A stretch of 32,000 bases of DNA from an uncultured Nitrososphaerota archaeon (GCA_963820505.1 CAWFZY010000005.1:418046-450045); one strand, 5' to 3'; positions 1 to 8,184 are shown, counted from the stretch's first letter. A program made the numbers and translations. The notes: generated by a model from the letters alone, not told the origin.

Positions 1-2
1 CG

Positions 3-809
3 ATTCGGATTGCGGAGGAATACGCGATGCTAGACGTGCTCTCGAAGGGCCGTCTGATGGCTGGCTTTGTGCACGGAGGCCTCACGAACTACATCGCGTA
101 TGGTATGGACTACTTCAGCGAGAGGAGCAAGTTCGAGGAGGCTTGGGACCTGATAGTAAAGGCGTGGACCGCGGATGAGCCGTTCCAGTGGAGAGGGAAG
201 CACTACCAATTCGACAAGGTCTCGGTCTGGCCGCGCCCGTACCAAAAACCGCACCCGCCGATCTACACCGCAGGCGGGGCTTCCGCGAGCGCCGCGGCCG
301 AGAAGGGAGGCAGCTTCGGGAGCGGATTCACGACCACGACGGAAGAGACCAAAGGACTCTTCGGCGTTTATCGAGGCATATACGGGAAGAAGTATGGGAG
401 AGCACCTCCCGAAGCGAATCTGGCTGTCGCGAGAAGCGTCTACGTCGCCGAGACCGACAGAAAGGCCAAAGCAGAGTGCGAGAGGCCTCTCCTGCACCAG
501 TATCGCATACTCTACCGCCCGTCGATGACCGCCAACGAAAGGATTGCGAAGAAGGCCAAGGTCAACCTCTACTGGGCGAGCAGGCTCTTCCTTGCGAACG
601 AGAGCTATGACGCCATAGTCAAGAGGGGAAATCACATCGCAGGAAGCCCCGAGACGGTGGCCGACATGATACTCGAGCAGCGGAAGGATTTGGGCTTCGG
701 CGCCCTTCTCGGGCTCTTTCGATTCGGCGACATGACTCATGATCAGGCCGCACGGAGCATGAAGCTCTTCGCCGAAGAGGTGATGCCTCGTCTGAGGAGG
801 TCGGACTAG
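3..809 (+). CDS. LLM-class (luciferase-like) flavin/F420-dependent oxidoreductase, 5' end cut by window edge
   Basis: Frame is open from the window edge (first full codon at 3; the track lists 27..809). IAEEYAMLDVLSKGRLMAGF...WPRPYQKPHPPIY...LFAEEVMPRL aligns colinearly with the complete paralogue at 811..1908. The family call comes from the recognised luciferase-like monooxygenase sequence pattern. Confidence 0.8.
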   Translation: MRIAEEYAMLDVLSKGRLMAGFVHGGLTNYIAYGMDYFSERSKFEEAWDLIVKAWTADEPFQWRGKHYQFDKVSVWPRPYQKPHPPIYTAGGASASAAAEKGGSFGSGFTTTTEETKGLFGVYRGIYGKKYGRAPPEANLAVARSVYVAETDRKAKAECERPLLHQYRILYRPSMTANERIAKKAKVNLYWASRLFLANESYDAIVKRGNHIAGSPETVADMILEQRKDLGFGALLGLFRFGDMTHDQAARSMKLFAEEVMPRLRRSD

Positions 810-810
810 C

Positions 811-1908
811 TTGGAGGTCGGCTTCTTCAGCGAGATGCCCTACAAGCCACTCGAACCCACCGCCAAATGGCCGGTCCCCCGCAGAAACTACGACCCTGTC
901 AAGGGGGCCGAGCTCTACCGTGAGGCGCTTCAGGCATTCTATCGCGCCGAAGAGCTGGGGTTTCGCATCCTCTGCATCAACGAGCAGCACTCCAAGCCGA
1001 GCAACGTGACGCCGTCACCCAACCTTCTCATGGCTGACCTCGCGACCCACACGAAACGGGCGAAGCTCCTCCCGTATGGCTCAATCCTCCCGCTGCACAA
1101 CCCTCTCAGGGTCGCTGAGGAATATGCGATGCTTGACGTCCTCTCGAAGGGCCGCCTGCTCGCGGGCTTCATCCGGGGCGGGGCATCCAACCACTTGGCG
1201 TACAGCATTCCCTCCCGCGAAACTCGCGGTCGATATGAGGAGGCATGGGAGCTGATAATCAGAGCTTGGACGGCCGAGGAGCCCTTCTCGTGGAAGGGTA
1301 AGTACTTCCAATTCGATACCGTGAACGTATGGCCTAGGACCTACCAAAGTCCTCATCCCCCTATCTGGTCATCAGGTCTTACAGACCGCTCCATAGAATG
1401 GGCCGCCATGAAAGGCGCGGGTTACACGCGCTGGCTCTCAGTTACCTCCGCGAGCAAGCTTCTTCTCGACAGGTACAGGTTCTACCACAGGAAATATCAT
1501 GATGGCGCCGACCCTCAAGAGAGCCAGCTCGGCGTCGCCAGGAGCGTCTACGTCTCCAAGGACGGTGATGCAAGGGCCGAGTGCGAAGAGGACTACCTGC
1601 ACTTCAAGGACCACGTTAACACGCAGATCGAATCGCCCTATCGGCGGATCCCGGAAGGGGGGAAGATCTACATGACCGGGAAGATCCTCGGAGCTGGCAA
1701 GTTCAGTCACGAAGTAGCCAAGAGAGGAGGCCTTCACATATGCGGAACCCCGGAAGAGGTGGTTCAGGAGATCCTCGCGCAGAAGAAGACGCTGGGTTTT
1801 GGCGTCTTCCTGGCGAACCTCAACTACGGGAACATGCCGCAACGGAAAGTGATGAAGAACCTTGAGACCTTCGCGAAGGAAGTGATGCCTGAGCTCCAAG
1901 AGGCGTGA
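811..1908 (+). CDS. LLM-class (luciferase-like) flavin/F420-dependent oxidoreductase
   Basis: 365-aa ORF with a TTG start 1 nt after the stop of the upstream paralogue. Typical LLM blocks are present (INEQHS..., AEEYAMLDVLSKGRL, WPRTYQSPHPPIW, ...FAKEVMPEL). GC3-rich codon usage. Confidence 0.85.
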   Translation: MEVGFFSEMPYKPLEPTAKWPVPRRNYDPVKGAELYREALQAFYRAEELGFRILCINEQHSKPSNVTPSPNLLMADLATHTKRAKLLPYGSILPLHNPLRVAEEYAMLDVLSKGRLLAGFIRGGASNHLAYSIPSRETRGRYEEAWELIIRAWTAEEPFSWKGKYFQFDTVNVWPRTYQSPHPPIWSSGLTDRSIEWAAMKGAGYTRWLSVTSASKLLLDRYRFYHRKYHDGADPQESQLGVARSVYVSKDGDARAECEEDYLHFKDHVNTQIESPYRRIPEGGKIYMTGKILGAGKFSHEVAKRGGLHICGTPEEVVQEILAQKKTLGFGVFLANLNYGNMPQRKVMKNLETFAKEVMPELQEA

Positions 1909-2033
1909 TGTTCGGTGGGGAGCACGGCCTTGGAGACCACCGACCCGACGTACCAGAACTGTCTCTAGGTAAACAGGCTTCTCAAGCTTCAGAAGACAGA
2001 GGCCATAAGTAACTCCAAGACCAGTGAAAAGAT

Positions 2034-2261
2034 ATGAGAAGAAGGACTGTAGCCGCAGCAGCCTGCCTCGTCGTCATCCTTGCTTTCTTCTTCTTTGTCG
2101 TTCCGATTGCTCGGGGAATCACACCGCCTTGGTGTGGTCCGTATTCACCGGACGAGCATGAGTCGCTTTCATACGAGCGATTTGGCGTAGGAACGGTCTA
2201 TTATTTCGGGCATCTTTTCTGGTTCTGGAAGCACTTTTATCCGAATTTCAATTGCTACTGA
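2034..2261 (+). CDS. hypothetical small membrane protein
   Basis: 75-aa ORF with one clear N-terminal hydrophobic helix (AAAACLVVILAFFFFVVPIA) and an aromatic-rich tail. No recognisable family. Confidence 0.35.
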   Translation: MRRRTVAAAACLVVILAFFFFVVPIARGITPPWCGPYSPDEHESLSYERFGVGTVYYFGHLFWFWKHFYPNFNCY

Positions 2262-2333
2262 GTGGTCTCGTCACCCCTCGTGCAACGCGTTCAGAAATCA
2301 CCCGACTATGCAACAGCACCGCGCCTCCCGGCA

Positions 2334-2345
2334 TTAAATATTTAA
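2334..2345. promoter_or_regulatory. TATA-like box (perfect 12-nt palindrome TTAAATATTTAA) upstream of the VOC gene
   Basis: A/T-only 12-mer in otherwise GC-rich DNA, 16-40 nt upstream of the candidate starts at 2361, 2364 and 2385. This spacing favours a leaderless or short-leader start near 2364-2385. Confidence 0.4.
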
Positions 2346-2360
2346 GTAGGTATTGAAGTA

Positions 2361-2789
2361 GTGATGCGGCGTGAGCTATCCACAATGATAGAGAAACTAA
2401 TGACGATAGTCATAGTCGTGAGAGACCAAGCCAGAGCCCTCGACTTTTACACGCGGGTGCTCGGCTTCGAAAAGCGAACTGACCTTACGCCTCCAGGAGG
2501 CGCAAGGTGGGTGACCGTCGCCCCCAAGGGGCAAGACATCGAAATCAGCTTGTTCCAAGCCGGTTCCTACCCAGACCCAAAGGCGCCCCAAAATCGATTG
2601 CAACCCGGGGGCAGTCCACAGTGGACGTTCCGGACCAGCGACTGCCGCAAGGACTTCGAAGAGCTCAAATCACGCGGCGTAAAGTTCGATCAGGCTCGGC
2701 CAGACGAATATCCTTGGGGCGTCCTCGCCACCTTCAGCGACCCGGACGGAAACGCTTTCGCGCTGCTCCAGCCGCCAAGAAGAGCTTAG
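2361..2789 (+). CDS. VOC family (glyoxalase/bleomycin-resistance/dioxygenase fold) protein
   Basis: ...IVIVVRDQARALDFYTRVLGFEKRTD...GVKF...PWGVLATFSDPDGNAFALLQ is the classic glyoxalase-fold pattern. The true start may be the internal ATG at 2385 (MIEKLMT...). Confidence 0.85.
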   Translation: MMRRELSTMIEKLMTIVIVVRDQARALDFYTRVLGFEKRTDLTPPGGARWVTVAPKGQDIEISLFQAGSYPDPKAPQNRLQPGGSPQWTFRTSDCRKDFEELKSRGVKFDQARPDEYPWGVLATFSDPDGNAFALLQPPRRA

Positions 2790-2822
2790 AGAAAGCGTGC
2801 TGGCATAGCCAGGAACGGCCTT

Positions 2823-3251
2823 CTATCCACTGGGTGCTTTGCGCCGAATCCCGCGGGCACCTGACGGGGTTTTCTTCTTCTGCCCAGCACGATTGTGAGC
2901 CACGGCAGCACGGATTATATCTTTCAGGGCGCGCTCGTTGATTCTGTCGCCCTCGTAGAGATCGATCGCTCGCCAATCCTTGCCTTCGAGGCCGGCGTTG
3001 AAGAGCTTGTCAGAATCTGCAAGGCTTGCGCCATGAATGAAGGTCAGTTTTACCTTATCCTTGAAAGGGGCGGCCACGCAGATGATTCCGTCGTGAGACC
3101 AGCACGGAGTGCCCAACCATTTCAATCCCTCTACTACCTCTGGGTCAGCATCATGAATGACCTTGCGAAGATTGGCTAGCGTTTTGCCGCGCCAGTCCGT
3201 AAGGGCTGCGATTTGCCTGTCAATAATTTCCGATGGCTTGGATGCGTTCAT
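2823..3251 (-). CDS. DUF1801 (YdhG-like) domain protein
   Basis: The track ORF 2823..3593 carries an implausible N-terminal extension. The internal ATG at 3251 gives MNASKPSEIIDRQIAALTDWRGKTLANLRKVIHDADPEVVEGLKW...KVKLTFIHGASL, the DUF1801 pattern (142 aa). Confidence 0.75.
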   Translation of the reverse strand: MNASKPSEIIDRQIAALTDWRGKTLANLRKVIHDADPEVVEGLKWLGTPCWSHDGIICVAAPFKDKVKLTFIHGASLADSDKLFNAGLEGKDWRAIDLYEGDRINERALKDIIRAAVAHNRAGQKKKTPSGARGIRRKAPSG

Positions 3252-3282
3252 TGACGGTGCAATCCACACCGAAGGCGTCCTA

Positions 3283-3291
3283 TACTTAAAT
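3283..3291. promoter_or_regulatory. TATA-like box (CTTAAATAG) in the divergent DUF1801/ArsR intergenic region
   Basis: A/T-rich element about 25-45 nt upstream of the ArsR candidate starts (3315 GTG, 3336 ATG). Confidence 0.3.
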
Positions 3292-3314
3292 AGATATCGA
3301 AGTATTACACTGTC

Positions 3315-3623
3315 GTGGTCAGTTCCTGGAAGGCGATGGCCGACGACAACCGAAGACAGATGCTGCTCCTGCTGAAGGACGGCGAGAAGACGCCGACCGA
3401 GATGGCCAAGAGCTTCGAATTCACGCTCCCTGCCGTATCGACACACTTGAGGGTCCTGAAGGACGCCGGCCTCGTCAGCGAGCGCAAGGTGGGCCAGAAC
3501 AGGTTCTACTCGCTCAACAAGGACAAGATGTCGGAGATGGCCGAGTTCTTCGACGTCTTCTGGGACGATAAACTCTCCCGCCTGAAGGACCACGTGGAAA
3601 ACAAGAAGGCGAGGGGAAGATGA
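3315..3623 (+). CDS. ArsR/SmtB-family winged-helix transcriptional regulator
   Basis: LADDNRRQMLLLLKDGEKTPTEMAKSFEFTLPAVSTHLRVLKDAGLVSERKVGQNRFYSL is the canonical ArsR HTH. The alternative ATG start is at 3336. The stop overlaps the next start (ATGA at 3620-3623). Confidence 0.85.
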   Translation: MVSSWKAMADDNRRQMLLLLKDGEKTPTEMAKSFEFTLPAVSTHLRVLKDAGLVSERKVGQNRFYSLNKDKMSEMAEFFDVFWDDKLSRLKDHVENKKARGR

Positions 3624-4087
3624 CCGGAGGTGAGGTCAGGAAGATCGTTGTGGTCGAAGCTCCGCCGGAGGTCGTCTTCAAGGCACTGACGAACGAGAAG
3701 GAGCTCGGCCGATGGATGACACAGGAGGCCAGGATGGATCCTCGCATCGGCGGGGAGTGCGAGTTCAAGTACCGCCGGGCCGCAACAGGCCAGCATTCAG
3801 TCGCCACAGGAAGGATACTTGAGCTGATCCCTGACAAGCGATTGTCTTACACCTATGTCATCACCCGGTCCGGTTCGGGAACTAGCGGGGCCGACTCGCT
3901 ATTTCCCGACGTGACCAATTCGGTGGTGACTTGGACGCTAGACGCGCTCCCCGATGGCAAGACGCGCGTCACGGTGGTCCATTCCGGCATCACCAAGGAA
4001 GCTGGTGAAAGGTTTGACGGAGCTTGGGGATACTGGACGGGTCAGTTCGCACGCCATTGTAGGATGATGGCAGGGAGGAGCAAGTGA
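3620..4087 (+). CDS. SRPBCC/AHSA1 (Aha1-like) domain protein, translationally coupled to ArsR
   Basis: ...VVVEAPPEVVFKALTNEKELGRWM... is the typical AHSA1/START-like N-terminus. ArsR + AHSA1 gene pairs are a well-known arrangement. Confidence 0.8.
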   Translation: MTGGEVRKIVVVEAPPEVVFKALTNEKELGRWMTQEARMDPRIGGECEFKYRRAATGQHSVATGRILELIPDKRLSYTYVITRSGSGTSGADSLFPDVTNSVVTWTLDALPDGKTRVTVVHSGITKEAGERFDGAWGYWTGQFARHCRMMAGRSK

Positions 4088-4166
4088 AACATGATCCCTT
4101 GAATGGGGATAGCCAGTCCAGGGGCTAACACCAATTGGGGGCCAATAGAAATGGCTCGGCCAGGAT

Positions 4167-4724
4167 TCAAACTCTCCCGAGCGTGTCCGATGACGCGCTC
4201 GCACGAGGATGGTAGACGTAGATCCTCGCGCCTTCGTCAGAGTCGAGGAGCGGCCAGTCAAATTTGAACGCGTGCGAGACCACCCTGGACGTCGGCCTGA
4301 GCTCCCTCTCGAGCTTGGGCTTTAGCTTGTCGTTGGTCTCAGGCAGCAGGTACACGGTCACCACGTCCGCACTGCTCAGGTCTACCCTGTAGAAGCTGGA
4401 CCAGATGACCCTGGCCTTCCCCCCGAGACCCATCAGCCTGATGAGCAGCTTTGAGTAGAAGGCTCGAAATACGTCAATCTCGACTCCCGTCGATCTCGTG
4501 CCGAACTCCCTCGTGGCGGTTATCACGATTCTGCCGTCTCCGGATCCTAGGTCGTAGACCTCTTCGCCTGGTTTGACCTTTGAGAGCAGGAGCATCTTCC
4601 GTACGATCTCGTTAGAACTCGGCACCCAGGGAGCGCCCGTCAGGGAGGGAAGAACGAACGAGAGGCAGACGAAGACGGCTGCGGCCAGGATGGCAAGGAG
4701 GACAGCCAGGATGACCGGAGCCAA
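4167..4724 (-). CDS. membrane-anchored class I SAM-dependent methyltransferase
   Basis: N-terminal TM helix (MAPVILAVLLAILAAAVFVCLSFVL) followed by SAM-binding motif I (VYDLGSGDGRIVI). Confidence 0.75.
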   Translation of the reverse strand: MAPVILAVLLAILAAAVFVCLSFVLPSLTGAPWVPSSNEIVRKMLLLSKVKPGEEVYDLGSGDGRIVITATREFGTRSTGVEIDVFRAFYSKLLIRLMGLGGKARVIWSSFYRVDLSSADVVTVYLLPETNDKLKPKLERELRPTSRVVSHAFKFDWPLLDSDEGARIYVYHPRASASSDTLGRV

Positions 4725-4737
4725 ATCAGTCGCCGGG

Positions 4738-4782
4738 GGTGCGAATCAATTCAGCGTCAGCCCCAGACCTTAGAATCGGTCA
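4738..4782 (+). repeat. intergenic repeat family, copy E (GGTGCGAATC ... CCTTAGAATCGGTCA)
   Basis: Shares GGTGCGAATC(C)AA and, about 20 nt later, CTTAGAAT(C)GGTCA with the copy at 6216..6260. Confidence 0.5.
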
Positions 4783-5016
4783 CCAGATAAGTAGTACCGG
4801 GCGGGTCTTGGCTGGCGGGACATGCACTAGTGATGCACCTGGCCGTGCTGAGGTTTGCCACCCGTGAGCATAACTCGGACGAAGGCTCGAATCCCTGTCT
4901 CCTCATCCAGGCAACAATATCGACTAGAGTCATTCCAGACTGTATTCCCGTTCCTCAGGGCTATCCATCGCTTCGAGTCAAGTATTAGGTCACGCGGGCT
5001 AGTTGCAGATACAAAA

Positions 5017-5059
5017 GGAGGTAGCCGTTCAGGGTCTGCACCTGTTTAGGTACGAATCC
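5017..5059 (+). repeat. intergenic repeat family, copy A
   Basis: GGAGGTAGCCGTTCAGGGTCTGCACCTGTTTAGGTACGAATCC matches 8141..8184 over about 43 nt, with only 2 mismatches in the 28-nt core. Confidence 0.7.
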
Positions 5060-5138
5060 AAGTTCATCAAATGAGGTGGTAAGAGGCGGACTCGAAACCC
5101 TGGCTGGAGTAACGCTCCCCGCGGAATCGTTAGAGGTC

Positions 5139-5146
5139 TTTTTATA
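5139..5146 (+). promoter_or_regulatory. TATA-like box (TTTTTATA) upstream of vapB
   Basis: A/T-rich box about 30 nt upstream of the TTG start at 5173. Confidence 0.35.
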
Positions 5147-5172
5147 CTACTAGCGAGTAAGAAAGTAGTACT

Positions 5173-5448
5173 TTGAGACAGTATCAAGTTACGCGAAAGA
5201 TGCAAGTTACTATTCCAAAGAGAATCGCCGAGAGGACCGGAATCAAGCCAGGGGACTCCGTGGCCTTCGAGGAGACACCGGATGAGCGAATCATGATTAA
5301 GAAGGTGTCAGGCTCGAGCGTTGACGTAGCGAGAGTTCTCACGGCGTTCGACAATCTAGCAAGTGACATGACCAAGATCAGGAGCCGCGTCCATGAAGCG
5401 AGGTCTGGGTTGATTGAAGGTCTTTCTGGATACATCGATTCTCAGTGA
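5173..5448 (+). CDS. vapB: AbrB/MazE/SpoVT-family antitoxin (VapB-like)
   Basis: KMQVTIPKRIAERTGIKPGDSVAFEETPDERIMIKK is the swapped-hairpin AbrB-type DNA-binding motif. It lies directly upstream of, and overlaps, a PIN-domain gene. Confidence 0.75.
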   Translation: MRQYQVTRKMQVTIPKRIAERTGIKPGDSVAFEETPDERIMIKKVSGSSVDVARVLTAFDNLASDMTKIRSRVHEARSGLIEGLSGYIDSQ

Positions 5449-5785
5449 CGAAAAACGCGACATAACTCGCGCTGAGATGATGAAGGAATCCGAAACAGGC
5501 TTGAGCCTTTACGTGTCTGCGATAAGCCACTTTCAGATTCTCTGGGGGTACATCGTCGCCAAGATGTCTCCCTCGAACTACCATGAATTTCTCGAAATCG
5601 CGGGCGTCGAGATTGCGCCGCTAATCAAGGCCGATGCAGAAGAAGCCGCGAAGATGAAGCCCAACAGAGCAGACCTCTTGGACGCGCTAATCGCCTCGTC
5701 CGCAAAGAGGTACGGCGCCGTCGTGTGGACGGGCGACAAAGACTTTCTGAAGTTTCTCCCAAAGTCGAAAGTACGAGTGATGTAG
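5414..5785 (+). CDS. vapC: PIN-domain ribonuclease toxin (VapC-like)
   Basis: N-terminal VFLDTSIL (first acidic PIN residue) and C-terminal LLDALIASSAKRYGAVVWTGDKDF. It overlaps the antitoxin by 35 nt if the TTG at 5414 is used. Confidence 0.8.
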   Translation: MKVFLDTSILSDEKRDITRAEMMKESETGLSLYVSAISHFQILWGYIVAKMSPSNYHEFLEIAGVEIAPLIKADAEEAAKMKPNRADLLDALIASSAKRYGAVVWTGDKDFLKFLPKSKVRVM

Positions 5786-6031
5786 GGGAGTCTGGTATAG
5801 GGCTGCATCAAGTGCGAATCCCTCTGCTTTTTGGGGAAAACCTCGCTGTCCACTAGGCAGTCGAAAATGGTACTCACGGAGTTCTTTCTTCAGCCTAATC
5901 ACCAAATCCAGTGCCTCGGCCTCCTCAAGGAAACTTTCAGGACTTCGCTCGAAGGCTACTGTGAGACGACGAATCAGGCGCGTTTCGAGGCCTGCGAGCG
6001 TCTCTGCGAGCTCCGCTCTTTCTTCAGCCAT
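5687..6031 (-). CDS. hypothetical helical protein (3' extent doubtful)
   Basis: MAEERAELAETLAGLETRLIRRLTVAFERSPESFLEEAEALDLVIRLKKELRE looks like real helical coding sequence. The last ~55 codons read through the repeat copy D and the vapC 3' end, so they are probably not translated. Confidence 0.25.
   Translation of the reverse strand: MAEERAELAETLAGLETRLIRRLTVAFERSPESFLEEAEALDLVIRLKKELREYHFRLPSGQRGFPQKAEGFALDAALYQTPLHHSYFRLWEKLQKVFVARPHDGAVPLCGRGD
5800..5822 (+). repeat. intergenic repeat family, copy D (shortened), followed by a T5 run
   Basis: GGGCTGCATCAAGTGCGAATCCC sits 15 nt after the vapC stop. A T5 run at 5828..5832 is a plausible archaeal oligo-T terminator. Confidence 0.5.
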
Positions 6032-6144
6032 CCGTCAATCACTCTGTCTGCCCACGCGTTGAATCTCTGAGGGTCTCTCCGCAACTCCTTCATGTATTCC
6101 ACGGCCTCCCTCACTTCCTTGGCCTCAGCTCCCTCCACGGTCAT
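5974..6144 (-). CDS. hypothetical 56-aa protein (below the ORF-track cutoff)
   Basis: ATG at 6144: MTVEGAEAKEVREAVEYMKELRRDPQRFNAWADRVIDGW..., with genome-typical codons. It overlaps the start of 5687..6031 in another frame, so the two may be one gene split by a frame error. Confidence 0.25.
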   Translation of the reverse strand: MTVEGAEAKEVREAVEYMKELRRDPQRFNAWADRVIDGWLKKERSSQRRSQASKRA

Positions 6145-6215
6145 GCACGGTATCTGATGTCGTGGGTCTATTTATTCACCCATGGTAACCCTGACCGCTT
6201 TGTCGCTCAGCTCAG

Positions 6216-6260
6216 TACGTGATTAGGTGCGAATCCAACCTGCCATCTTTAGAATGGTCA
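6216..6260 (+). repeat. intergenic repeat family, copy B
   Basis: GTACGTGATTAGGTGCGAATCCAACC...CTTTAGAATGGTCA shares its core with copies A and C, and its downstream module with copy E. Confidence 0.6.
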
Positions 6261-6285
6261 GGCCATGAGGCCCGGGACGCTCGAA

Positions 6286-6294
6286 TGTATATAC
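6286..6294 (+). promoter_or_regulatory. TATA-like box (TGTATATAC) upstream of the ABC ATPase gene
   Basis: About 35 nt upstream of the TTG start at 6327. Confidence 0.35.
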
Positions 6295-6326
6295 CGCATC
6301 TCGTAAACGATTAGGGCAAACTAAGG

Positions 6327-7247
6327 TTGATTGAGACCGAGAACCTCACGAGGAAGTTCGGAGACCTTGTTGCAGTCGACGACCTGACCCTCCGCGTCGA
6401 CGACGGGGAGGTCTTCGGCTTTCTCGGACCTAACGGTGCCGGTAAGACCACCACCATACGGATGCTGGCATGTCTGATATCGAAGACGAGCGGCACGGCC
6501 AGGGTTGGCGACTATGACATTGGAAACAGCGCGGACCAGCAAAAGATAAGGAGGATCATCGGACTGGTCCCAGACAACGTTGGTCTGTACGAGGAACTCA
6601 CAGCGTACAAGAACATGGATTTCTACGGCAGATACTACAAGGTCGACGAAACAAAGAGAAAAGAGAGGATAGAATACTTCCTCAAGCTGCTTGGTTTGTG
6701 GGACAAGAGGGATCTGTTGGCAGGGACCTTCTCCAAGGGAATGAAGCAGAAGCTTGCCATAGCGCGCGCTCTCATTCATGATCCGCAGATACTCTTCATG
6801 GACGAGCCGACGGCCAACCTCGACCCGGAAGCGTCGAAGACTGTGAGAGACTTTATCCTGGAGCTGAAGAAAGAGAAGAAGACCATCTTCCTCAACACGC
6901 ACAATCTCGACGAGGCGCAAAGGATCTGCGACAGAATCGCAATACTGAACACCAAGCTGATGGCCCTGGGCACCCCGGCCGAGCTCGAACGGTCGGCGAG
7001 CGGCAGGAAGATTGTGGTCCAGCTCGAGGGCGTCAACAACGCGATCATATCTGCAGCGAAGAAGGTCGCAACCGGTAATGTCGAGGTGGGCGAAGGCAAC
7101 AAGCTCATCATAGGCGTGGGTGATCCTGAGAAGGAGAACCCTGAGATTATCAGTGCAATCGGAGCTGCGGGGGGTCGCATCCAGTTCGTTACCGAGGCGA
7201 GCTCAACTCTGGAGGATGTGTACCTGAAGCTGGTAAGGAGCCAGTGA
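6327..7247 (+). CDS. ABC transporter ATP-binding protein (ABC-2/DrrA-like exporter type)
   Basis: Walker A GPNGAGKTT, signature FSKGMKQKLAIARAL, Walker B ILFMDEPTANLD, H-loop NTHNL. Confidence 0.9.
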   Translation: MIETENLTRKFGDLVAVDDLTLRVDDGEVFGFLGPNGAGKTTTIRMLACLISKTSGTARVGDYDIGNSADQQKIRRIIGLVPDNVGLYEELTAYKNMDFYGRYYKVDETKRKERIEYFLKLLGLWDKRDLLAGTFSKGMKQKLAIARALIHDPQILFMDEPTANLDPEASKTVRDFILELKKEKKTIFLNTHNLDEAQRICDRIAILNTKLMALGTPAELERSASGRKIVVQLEGVNNAIISAAKKVATGNVEVGEGNKLIIGVGDPEKENPEIISAIGAAGGRIQFVTEASSTLEDVYLKLVRSQ

Positions 7248-7993
7248 TAGAAATGGACTTGCAGAGCGCGTGGTCGGTCGCATCAAAGGACTTCGAGATC
7301 TTCAAGAGGAGGAAGGGGGTCCTCTACGCCACGATAGTGTCCCCATTCGGTGTTGCCTTGGGATTTCCCGCGGTACTCGTTGCGATCGACAGCGTCGCTG
7401 GCGCAGGAACCATATCCGCGTCTGCTGCCCCGTTTCTAAACGCGTTTTCCTTTTGGTTCGTGATCTTAGCGGCGAGTCTCCCAGCCGGAATTGCCTCGTA
7501 CAGCATAGTCGGCGAGAAGGTCCAGAAGAGCCTCGAACCGCTACTCGCAACGCCCATGACAGATGGTGAGATTCTGCTGGGAAAGATCATCGCTTCATTC
7601 GTCCCACCGATTGCCGCGATCTGGGCTAGCTCGGTGGTCTTCATGGCCCTGATAGACCTGATTACTCACGCCGGGCTAGGATATCTCTTCTATCCAAACT
7701 GGAGCATCGGAGTGAGCCTACTCGTCCTCGCACCGCTCGCGAGCATACTCTCCATCGAGCTGACCGTCATCCTATCCGCACGCGCCAACGACGTTCGAAG
7801 CGTACAGCAGTTCACCGGGGTGATGTTCTTCCCTTTCATCATCATCTACGTGATGACCGAGATCGGTGTGATTCAATTGACTACAATCAATCTGTTCATC
7901 ATGTCCGGCATTTTCCTGGTGGTCGACCTTCTTCTCTTCTATCTGAGCGTAGCCACCTTCAAGAGGGAAGAGATACTCACAAAGTGGAAATGA
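7244..7993 (+). CDS. ABC-2 family transporter permease
   Basis: 249-aa polytopic membrane protein (about 6 hydrophobic segments). Its start overlaps the ATPase stop (GTGA at 7244-7247; the alternative ATG is at 7253). Confidence 0.75.
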   Translation: MIEMDLQSAWSVASKDFEIFKRRKGVLYATIVSPFGVALGFPAVLVAIDSVAGAGTISASAAPFLNAFSFWFVILAASLPAGIASYSIVGEKVQKSLEPLLATPMTDGEILLGKIIASFVPPIAAIWASSVVFMALIDLITHAGLGYLFYPNWSIGVSLLVLAPLASILSIELTVILSARANDVRSVQQFTGVMFFPFIIIYVMTEIGVIQLTTINLFIMSGIFLVVDLLLFYLSVATFKREEILTKWK

Positions 7994-8140
7994 CACGCTC
8001 AAGGGCTTGCGATCTTATGGCTCCCACCAAGCCGCCCAGCCAGCTCGCCCGTCCAGACGCGGCAAATACCTATGATATAAGACCCGTTATGGCGATACAT
8101 CCAGTATCAGACTATTCTGGGCAAATAGAGCTAGAATTGA

Positions 8141-8184
8141 GGAGATAGCCCGTCCCGGGTCTGCACCTGATTAGGTGCGAATCC
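8141..8184 (+). repeat. intergenic repeat family, copy C
   Basis: GGAGATAGCCCGTCCCGGGTCTGCACCTGATTAGGTGCGAATCC. It contains the hairpin GCACC-TGATTA-GGTGC. Confidence 0.7.

Noticed and set aside
4855-5049. 64-aa plus-strand ORF in the 450-nt gap between the methyltransferase gene and vapB.
   Set aside because: It spans the repeat motifs, has no GC3 bias and has no family resemblance. The region is better explained as non-coding repeat DNA.
4876-5105. tRNA-like T-arm sequences (AGGCTCGAATCCC at about 4886, GGACTCGAAACCC at about 5088, AGGTGCGAATCC in the repeat cores), considered as tRNA genes or pseudogenes.
   Set aside because: No complementary T-stem, acceptor stem or anticodon arm could be built around any of them. 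They are kept only as a possible origin of the repeat family.
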